Below, one piece after another: positions 57,564 to 64,000 of a stretch of 64,000 nucleotides of DNA. The translations under genes were made by a program, and so were the position numbers. The notes under the pieces were generated by a model. That model was not told the origin of the DNA, did not search any database, and worked only from the letters and a program-made list of their open reading frames with translations. How positions within the stretch are numbered: the first letter of the stretch is position 1; each line of letters begins with the position of its first letter. Source of the stretch: an uncultured virus (IMG/VR IMGVR_UViG_3300033141_003443). Lineage: Duplodnaviria > Heunggongvirae > Uroviricota > Caudoviricetes. The DNA lies in IMG/VR virus record IMGVR_UViG_3300033141_003443, positions 1-64,000 of that record. One strand, given 5' to 3'.

Positions 57564-57836
57564 TTATTTTTCTATTTTAGTAAAAGTACCTCTTAGCACC
57601 ACACCATTATTAAACATAATATAACCTTGACCCGCCTGACCATGACCACAACAGGCAAACTTTACTCCGGGTAGAGTACCTAAACAAGCGTCATGACCTT
57701 CTTTGGTTGGAAATTTTTGACACTTAGGACAGAGCCTTTTTTCTGAGCAATCAATAGGTTCATGATTATCAGAATACCGCCAGACTCTCTGGCCCTTATC
57801 AAAATAAATAGGATTTCCGTGAAGTAATGCTGTCAT
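57564..57836 (-). CDS. Cys/His-rich hypothetical protein
   Basis: CPKC...GHDACLGTLPGV.FACCGHG. Confidence 0.65.
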   Translation of the reverse strand: MTALLHGNPIYFDKGQRVWRYSDNHEPIDCSEKRLCPKCQKFPTKEGHDACLGTLPGVKFACCGHGQAGQGYIMFNNGVVLRGTFTKIEK

Positions 57837-58543
57837 TAGAAATAGTCTTTCCGTATTTTTAATAAAAAGTCATTCACTTTTTCAGGATCGGCTTTATGGT
57901 CACATAATGATAAGATTGATTTAGTCTTTGCCATTAAACATTCTGCCAAATTGATTATATGCCCCATATCGAAAGACTCTGTCCCATATTTAATTCTTTC
58001 AAGTTCTTTTTTAAAGGCGGGATCTACAACTTTTAAACTAAATTTTCCATAATGTAATAAATCCCAAAGATTATATAAAGTTCTTAAATAAGCAACAGCA
58101 TACTTACGGGGCCGGTCATCTTTTTTATCTAACATTTTCTTTCTCTGATTTAGGCCATATCCAGTGAAGGCATTAAAAGCATCTTGAGGATTCCAAACAT
58201 ATGGAAATAATCCCCGGAGTTCATCACTTAATTTTCGAAGACTTAAATCTTCTAAAGGATTATCAGGTGGAGTATGTATAGGAATCTTTGGTGCCATAAA
58301 AACTTCGAGAATAGTTGGATTACATCTTAAAGCTAAATGAAGAAAATGACCTATTTCATAAGTAGTTTGATCTTCTTTGCCTTCTAACCAATGAGATCCT
58401 TTATATTTATAACCAAGAGAAAGTACGTCCTTTGTAGACTCAACATACACCCCGCGATAATCATGATCAGAGTCTTTAGTATGTAGTCCATGGGCCCTGC
58501 TGCCAACCAGACATTTAAGTATTAATGATTTATCTTCTTTCAT
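57836..58543 (-). CDS. Pol-beta superfamily nucleotidyltransferase
   Basis: VGSRAHGL.T.DSD.DYRGV...CNP.ILE. Confidence 0.8.
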   Translation of the reverse strand: MKEDKSLILKCLVGSRAHGLHTKDSDHDYRGVYVESTKDVLSLGYKYKGSHWLEGKEDQTTYEIGHFLHLALRCNPTILEVFMAPKIPIHTPPDNPLEDLSLRKLSDELRGLFPYVWNPQDAFNAFTGYGLNQRKKMLDKKDDRPRKYAVAYLRTLYNLWDLLHYGKFSLKVVDPAFKKELERIKYGTESFDMGHIINLAECLMAKTKSILSLCDHKADPEKVNDFLLKIRKDYF

Positions 58544-58889
58544 ATTCTAATAGCTCCATTTCAAAATGTTCAACATCTAAACGTTCTGTTAATACTGGCT
58601 GAATTTTCCCTCTGTAAATTATTTCATAACAAGCGGGTTCCCTTCTTACACACTCTCTCCACTCATCCATACAAACAATATCAAATTCTTTACCAAATAA
58701 ATTTCTATAAAGACTACAGGGAATGAATTTCACTCGGCTAAATGCCGGTTTACGTCCATAAGAATATTCTAAATCACGAGCATGACTACGTGAAGGACAA
58801 AGAACAATCGCATTTAACCACATAACTGTTTCTAACAGGCGCTCTGTTTTGCCCGAACTGGCTGGGCCTAATAAAAGTTTTGGTTTCAT
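58530..58889 (-). CDS. Small P-loop NTPase-like protein
   Basis: GPASSGKT and VCMDE. Confidence 0.5.
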   Translation of the reverse strand: MKPKLLLGPASSGKTERLLETVMWLNAIVLCPSRSHARDLEYSYGRKPAFSRVKFIPCSLYRNLFGKEFDIVCMDEWRECVRREPACYEIIYRGKIQPVLTERLDVEHFEMELLEYERR

Positions 58890-58901
58890 TATTACTCTCC
58901 T

Positions 58902-59285
58902 TTAAAGTAATTTTAAATGACCAGTGATTACATCAATTATTTTACTATCTGCTGGGCCTATTGCCACGGCTGTTTCTGTTGGTATACCATTAAATTCTGT
59001 TTTACCATTATCAGTTATTAAAGCTGTAGGAAGTTCTGAGTCAAGAGCTTTTTGATAGACCCCCAATAAAGCCTCTTTTGAATCCACACTCACACAAATT
59101 TTTGTAAAGATACCCTGAATCCATTCTAATTCTTTGGAATCAATGTGTATTTTTATAAAGTTATCGTATGGCATAGGGTCATAGATACGATTAAAAAATA
59201 CAGCCATAGAGGCATGTGCTCCTTGAGCAATCATTTTACCTTTACGCATATTCAAATCTTTTCTAATAACAATAACTTGTTTCAT
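58902..59285 (-). CDS. pth2: Peptidyl-tRNA hydrolase Pth2
   Basis: KQVIVIRKDLNMRKGK.IAQGAHA...KIC...D.G.TE...T..AIGP...ID.ITGHLKLL. Confidence 0.93.
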   Translation of the reverse strand: MKQVIVIRKDLNMRKGKMIAQGAHASMAVFFNRIYDPMPYDNFIKIHIDSKELEWIQGIFTKICVSVDSKEALLGVYQKALDSELPTALITDNGKTEFNGIPTETAVAIGPADSKIIDVITGHLKLL

Positions 59286-59563
59286 TAAATTTTTCCCGTA
59301 ATACTAAATCTAATAAAAATTGGCAAAAGTTTAGTTACTTGTTTTCGAGTTAAGTGCATACGAGTATTACATAAAGTATTTTGGGGTAACTGTAACGGTA
59401 TCCACCCTTTCGGCGGTCTTAAAACTCTCGGGTTTGTCTCATCACAGCCTAACCAAATACAGCTCTGGGTCGCTAAAGAAGACTCTTGAATAGAGCAGGC
59501 TACACCATAATGATCTTTAAATCGCCTAACATTAAAACCTCTGGATGTTTTTTCTAATTTCAT
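59285..59563 (-). CDS. Conserved phage hypothetical protein
   Basis: T.RGF...F.D.YG..CSIQESSLAT..CIWLG...RMHL. Confidence 0.65.
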   Translation of the reverse strand: MKLEKTSRGFNVRRFKDHYGVACSIQESSLATQSCIWLGCDETNPRVLRPPKGWIPLQLPQNTLCNTRMHLTRKQVTKLLPIFIRFSITGKI

Positions 59564-60258
59564 TCAGTTTGTCCCTTTGGTTTTTCGTCATCCTCGATTG
59601 TTTTTTTAAACAGTCTCCCGGAAGCCATATGATAAATAATTATTCCTTCAGGATTCATAAACCCCGGAGCGACTAAGCTTCCCGCATCTCTTAACTCTTC
59701 TAAAACACAGTGAATTTTTAGCGTATCAAACAGTCCCCTCCATAAAACAGGGGCGGCCCCACAACAAGCTGGACGTATTTCGGGATTTTCCCAGCGTTTA
59801 ACATTAAATAAGGCAAATCGCTTTTCTTGAAGCCCATAATTCCGTTGAATACCTTTGCCATACCACTCACCAAAATGTCGGCCTTTACCTAAATCAATGA
59901 GTTCTTTGGCATTTTCTCTAACCCAACTTGCAAAACCATAATTATCAGACTCAAGATTTAACCAACGCTTACGAGAACCCGCGAAAACATATAAATGATA
60001 ATCCGGCGTAATCTCTTCCGCATAAAGACAATAATTAATAATGAAGTCAGTTACCTCAGTATCCTTTTCTACCCTGTCTGGTAAAAATATTGCTTCAGGA
60101 TCATTATTGTCAATGTATTCTGCAAAGTCAGTATTATCAAAAATAACGACTTGCCCATTAGTACCATCAATTTTTTCTGTGACCACAATGTCCCGGCTTA
60201 ACCGAGGTATCTTTGAGAATTTTTGAAAATTTAACATAGCCCCGATCTCCTTACACAA
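59560..60258 (-). CDS. RNA ligase, Rnl2-like nucleotidyltransferase domain
   Basis: TEKIDGTN, GSR, FGEW.G.GIQ, FALFN, EGII, FKK. Confidence 0.8.
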   Translation of the reverse strand: MCKEIGAMLNFQKFSKIPRLSRDIVVTEKIDGTNGQVVIFDNTDFAEYIDNNDPEAIFLPDRVEKDTEVTDFIINYCLYAEEITPDYHLYVFAGSRKRWLNLESDNYGFASWVRENAKELIDLGKGRHFGEWYGKGIQRNYGLQEKRFALFNVKRWENPEIRPACCGAAPVLWRGLFDTLKIHCVLEELRDAGSLVAPGFMNPEGIIIYHMASGRLFKKTIEDDEKPKGQTE

Positions 60259-60684
60259 TTAGAATTGGTTAAACAATCTTTTCCACCAAGAAAGTCTTCG
60301 GATCTTAACTTTCGTGTTGTAATTAGCGGCTGTCCGGGTCGTGTTAATTAAATAATTATTTCTGGCTATCCAATATTTATTCTTTTCTTCTACAGCTTGT
60401 TGAACTATACGTTTGACCGCAGCCTTAGACATATTTATTAAATCAATAAACATATTCCTATCATCAACAGGTACTAGAAAAAACTCTGACCGTCCGTCTG
60501 GCCGGACAACTTCTTCTACCAGATACCGAATATATTCATACTCTACAAACTCTTCTAGGATAGCACCGTCTTCAGGTAAACGAGTAAACGCCCTTTCGTC
60601 TTTTAGTTTAAGTAATCTCAAATCCTCTTTAGGTTTCTCAAGAAACCACGGTGTCTTTTGAATATCAATCTTAATTATTTTCAT
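60259..60684 (-). CDS. Hypothetical protein
   Basis: ORF. Confidence 0.55.
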   Translation of the reverse strand: MKIIKIDIQKTPWFLEKPKEDLRLLKLKDERAFTRLPEDGAILEEFVEYEYIRYLVEEVVRPDGRSEFFLVPVDDRNMFIDLINMSKAAVKRIVQQAVEEKNKYWIARNNYLINTTRTAANYNTKVKIRRLSWWKRLFNQF

Positions 60685-61022
60685 TATACTGTCCTGTTTG
60701 TTTTGATTAACTGTATCACTACTCTTTCCTCACCGTTAGCATAATCTATTGAAATAAAATCCTTCAATAATGGTTGTGTACTAAACTTAGCCAATATCTT
60801 TTCCCGGCCAAGAAGTTTATGTGTAGCCCAACGATGCCAACCGTCTCTAATTACATAGCGACCAGTTCGAAGTTTTGCTACCTTAATTGGTGGAAAACTA
60901 CCCTTAGCTAAACCATAAGTATATGTGCCCGCTATAATATTAGCAAACTCTAAAGTTTTTTCATCTAATGGAATTCTATCCATATCAATAAGATTAAGTG
61001 AAATTTCTTTTTCAACTCTCAA
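60684..61022 (-). CDS. ParB/Srx-like domain protein
   Basis: FPPIKV...Y.IRDGWHRW.T.KLLG. Confidence 0.7.
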   Translation of the reverse strand: MRVEKEISLNLIDMDRIPLDEKTLEFANIIAGTYTYGLAKGSFPPIKVAKLRTGRYVIRDGWHRWATHKLLGREKILAKFSTQPLLKDFISIDYANGEERVVIQLIKTNRTV

Positions 61023-61026
61023 AACA

Positions 61027-61335
61027 TTAACCTCTGACTTTTAATTCATTGTTAAGAGCTTCGATGGTCTGATTTGCCTCCTTAAGCTTTCTTGAAATAT
61101 CAGACAGAAGCACAGATAAATTATCTTGCCGGTGTTCCATAATCCCTAACTTATCCTCATACCAAGCAATTAATTCCCCTGTATTTGGTATTGTTTTTAA
61201 ACGCTGTGGACATGTAAATTTTTTACTTATAATATTCTCCGAGTTAATGTTTGCTGGAATAAAAATTAATCTCCCTGTTTTTGTATCTTTAAATACCATA
61301 ATTAATAACTTAATCCATTTTTTACCGGACACCAA
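61027..61335 (-). CDS. Hypothetical protein
   Basis: ORF. Confidence 0.45.
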   Translation of the reverse strand: MVSGKKWIKLLIMVFKDTKTGRLIFIPANINSENIISKKFTCPQRLKTIPNTGELIAWYEDKLGIMEHRQDNLSVLLSDISRKLKEANQTIEALNNELKVRG

Positions 61336-61547
61336 GAAGGTATACCCTTACTTAAACGGACATTCCGTTTCCACGTTTCATACCATACACTTTTATACGG
61401 GATAACTCTATCAAAACAATTGAAACCTTTTTGCTTGACGGTCATTGGATGATTACAGCAGGGTTTCGCTCCACCCGGAGTAAAAGAACCCGTATGGTCG
61501 TTATGTTTACAATCACCACAATGTTTTATGTCAATAGTAATTTTCAT
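61302..61547 (-). CDS. Cys-rich hypothetical protein
   Basis: CGDCKH...CCNHP...IPSWCP. Confidence 0.55.
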   Translation of the reverse strand: MKITIDIKHCGDCKHNDHTGSFTPGGAKPCCNHPMTVKQKGFNCFDRVIPYKSVWYETWKRNVRLSKGIPSWCPVKNGLSY

Positions 61548-61651
61548 CTAATTTCTCGATTCTTGCAAGATCCCTTTGAACGCACTCTTTTAAAGCTTCT
61601 ATATTAAACTTTGCCAAGATCTTCTTCGGCCCAGCAGTTTATGGGGGCCAA

Positions 61652-62791
61652 CTATGACGACAAGAGCTTATTTTTTCTACTTTGGTTCTTAATTTGTTGG
61701 AATTCATAGGAAATATTTTTAAAGGGCTTCTCATATTCGGGCCGGATCATCTTCCAAATAATATCTTTATATGGTTTTCCTCTCCACATAGCAAACAATA
61801 CAGAATGATAACGATGTTTCTGAATTTTTTTCGCGGTTTCACTAAGTATACCATATTCTTTAGCCTCTGTCAAGGTGGGTAAATGATAAAGTAGAGTTTT
61901 GCAGAGCCCCATAATAAGATCATATTCTTTTTTTAATTTATCTGTCTGATCCTTCAACCAAGCATAGAATTCATTCGGTACTCTATCAATAATTTGATCT
62001 ATTGGTTGATTATTTCGAAGTAATGTCCAAATCGTTTTTGTACTTACTCCGGTAAGAATTTTGTGGAGTCTGACATATTCTGCAAATTTAACCTTAACCC
62101 TAAAATTTTCCTTTGTTTTTAAAACAAAACCCTCTTTGTTATCCGCTTCGGGTAATTTTAGTTTAGAAAAAAATCCATAATGCACGACAAGGGGAATATT
62201 ATAGGAATCAGCAAACTTTTTCATTCTAGCATACGACCACTCATTACCCGTTTCTTTATGAATTACCGCTAATAAAATTAAATCTCTACGATCCCCATAA
62301 TTTACGACTATTCGATTCTTCGGGTAAATGATTTCCCATAAAAAAGTATATTCAGATGACCAAAGAGCTAAGACAGACTGTTTAAAACTATCAAACTTTT
62401 CTGTGAGTATTTTTTCCGCTTCTTTAGCTTGTTCACTTTCAAAACTTCCTCGGGTAGCAATACACAATTTTCCATTAACATCTTCATACATAATACCTAA
62501 AGACCCATCAATTTTATCAAAAACCGCCCAAGACTCATTCTGTCTTACAGGTAATGGGCCAAGAAAAGAATTCTCCGCGTATTCTCCATAATTAAAGAAT
62601 TTCTTAAAAGGACGGGCAACAATATGCCCTTTACCATCTAAAATTAATCCCCGGCAATTACGGGTGGCCTCGTTCCAAAATCTCGCATATTGAGTCTTTG
62701 CAGTATAATTGTAAATAAAATAATCCTGCAAAGGGTGCTTTCTTTTAGTAATATAACCCTGTTCAATAAGTTTTTGATCAATTTTTATCAT
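61652..62791 (-). CDS. T4 Rnl1-like RNA ligase
   Basis: CRGLI, ARPFKKFFN, DKIDGSL, TRGSF.S, EII.P.NRIVV.Y, EGFV, RVKVK..EY. Confidence 0.9.
   Translation of the reverse strand: MIKIDQKLIEQGYITKRKHPLQDYFIYNYTAKTQYARFWNEATRNCRGLILDGKGHIVARPFKKFFNYGEYAENSFLGPLPVRQNESWAVFDKIDGSLGIMYEDVNGKLCIATRGSFESEQAKEAEKILTEKFDSFKQSVLALWSSEYTFLWEIIYPKNRIVVNYGDRRDLILLAVIHKETGNEWSYARMKKFADSYNIPLVVHYGFFSKLKLPEADNKEGFVLKTKENFRVKVKFAEYVRLHKILTGVSTKTIWTLLRNNQPIDQIIDRVPNEFYAWLKDQTDKLKKEYDLIMGLCKTLLYHLPTLTEAKEYGILSETAKKIQKHRYHSVLFAMWRGKPYKDIIWKMIRPEYEKPFKNISYEFQQIKNQSRKNKLLSS
61845..61873 (-). promoter_or_regulatory. Intragenic sigma70 promoter TTGACA-17-TATACT
   Basis: TTGACA gaggctaaagaatatgg TATACT inside the Rnl1 gene. 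Confidence 0.65.
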
Positions 62792-62807
62792 AGAAGTCTC
62801 TTATGTG

Positions 62808-63188
62808 TTAATAAACTCCACTTTCATTATTACCAGCATTTGGAGAGTCAAAGCCGGGCCCGAGATCCTCAAAACTAAGTTCTTGAACATAAACATGAAA
62901 AAGCAACAGACCCAATTCTGATCCCATCTTTAAAGTATTCACGTATCTGTAATCTTCTGGGATTGCCTCAGCAATTGGATCATCTGTTTGAACAATATAG
63001 ACACCGATCTTATCTATTTCTGGTTCAATATTCACCCTTGCAAAATTTTCTTCTTCTGATTCTTCAACCTCAACAATTAAAACAGCTGATCCATCTAACT
63101 TAACAAGAGCATTAACAATATTTGAACCAATTGGTAAATTAATCTCTTGAAAATTTATGGGATTTATTTTGAATTCGCGAATAATCAT
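62808..63188 (-). CDS. Hypothetical protein
   Basis: Acidic ORF. Confidence 0.55.
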   Translation of the reverse strand: MIIREFKINPINFQEINLPIGSNIVNALVKLDGSAVLIVEVEESEEENFARVNIEPEIDKIGVYIVQTDDPIAEAIPEDYRYVNTLKMGSELGLLLFHVYVQELSFEDLGPGFDSPNAGNNESGVY

Positions 63189-63541
63189 TTAATATATCCC
63201 GCTTTCTTTAAATATAACCACATTTTTGCTAAAGCATTACTTAACTTTTTCTTATCCTCCTCTTCAAAGTCTAAATATGCACATATAAAATTTTCTTTAT
63301 CTTTTCCACAATAACTATTGGGTGGTAATTCTTTCAATATTTCATCAGAAATTGGAGCCGAGCATTGTATATTATTTTCTCGCACTTTATAATTGTTAGC
63401 CCATAATCGAGAAACAATTTCATCAGTATATTCGTCGATTAATGGATTGCCATATTTATACCAAACTTTATCGGTATCTTGTGGAAACCCATTCTCTTTC
63501 AACTCTTTAGCTAATTCTAAATCAACACAAAATTCTTTCAT
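63185..63541 (-). CDS. Conserved phage hypothetical protein
   Basis: VDLELAKELKE.GFPQ...AP...EILKELP. Confidence 0.65.
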   Translation of the reverse strand: MKEFCVDLELAKELKENGFPQDTDKVWYKYGNPLIDEYTDEIVSRLWANNYKVRENNIQCSAPISDEILKELPPNSYCGKDKENFICAYLDFEEEDKKKLSNALAKMWLYLKKAGYIK

Positions 63542-63747
63542 CCCACCACCTCTTCTTTAACCTTTGTTCCATCAAAATGGCATAATTTTTCCTGAGCCGC
63601 ATCTATTGAGTTAAAAGAAGCCCGATACCTCATGACCGAATCATCATACCATACATCATACCATCCAGCAAAAAGACTATGGTTTTGAATAACATACTCT
63701 ACTCTTTTATCAACGGTTATTCTTTTAATAATTCTTGCGTTTTTCAT
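63538..63747 (-). CDS. Hypothetical protein
   Basis: ORF with AGGAG RBS. Confidence 0.55.
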   Translation of the reverse strand: MKNARIIKRITVDKRVEYVIQNHSLFAGWYDVWYDDSVMRYRASFNSIDAAQEKLCHFDGTKVKEEVVG

Positions 63748-63834
63748 TAAATTCTCCTTTTAACCCATCCGAGGTTTATTTATTCGGCGAAAACCTCTTC
63801 CTAGATTTTTCCTTCCGACACTTTGGATATAATT

Positions 63835-63999
63835 TCATTTTTGTTCCCATACACCAAGCCACCCATTTTCTTTTACATAAGGTTTATACTTTTCTTTTAA
63901 ACTTTGCATTTCTTTTTCCGCTTGATTATCTATATCAGACCAAATATCATGATAGATTGTGTCATAGCAATTATTTGGGGCATACTCAAACACATCCGC
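63835..63999 (-). CDS. C-terminus of a SAM-dependent (spermidine synthase-like) methyltransferase; partial
   Basis: ADVFEY....YDTIYHDIW. Confidence 0.5.
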   Translation of the reverse strand, partial: ADVFEYAPNNCYDTIYHDIWSDIDNQAEKEMQSLKEKYKPYVKENGWLGVWEQK

Positions 64000-64000
64000 A

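Noticed and set aside
20480..62878. Short + strand ORFs within the minus-strand arm (e.g. 29773, 30208, 35189, 50803, 53723)
   Set aside because: Antisense shadows of well-supported genes, with no recognisable motifs.
1..64000. CRISPR array, diversity-generating retroelement or retron
   Set aside because: No regularly spaced repeats, no reverse transcriptase and no adenine-specific TR/VR pair were seen. The 150-bp repeat differs at all base types and is coding.

Overview
The window is 64 kb of an AT-rich, gene-dense tailed dsDNA phage genome (Caudoviricetes-like) using the standard genetic code. The host is probably a diderm bacterium, judging from consensus sigma70 promoters, GGAG ribosome-binding sites, a lipobox protein and a heptose kinase. 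Bases 1-15.6 kb (+ strand) form a virion module: glycosyltransferase end, beta-helix protein, neck genes, tail chaperones, tape measure, LamG/discoidin protein and hub-like tail protein. No capsid or tail-tube gene is recognisable. Bases 15.6-16.95 kb are a GC-richer, hairpin-dense convergent junction. Bases 16.95-64 kb (- strand) carry replication, recombination and nucleotide genes (primase-helicase, UDG-fused PolA, RecA, SbcCD, RuvC, two C5 methyltransferases, Ogg, DeoC, DUF5664, NT5C). The same arm holds the displaced TerS-TerL-portal trio, many peptidases, an RNA-repair cluster (Pnk, Rnl1, Rnl2, Pth2) and a multi-copy HNH family with several decayed copies. The best candidates for new biology are: a ~420-nt end-paired RNA enclosing an Arg-rich peptide behind three tandem RBS/mini-ORFs; a promoter-defined 137-nt structured RNA with a C/D-like K-loop and alternative pairing; an apparently split sigma2 + sigma4 factor beside the terminase; an exported lipoprotein/trypsin/BTLCP cassette; and an exact 44-bp promoter plus leaderless-start cassette present twice. 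All calls come from reading motifs by eye. No searches or folding programs were run.
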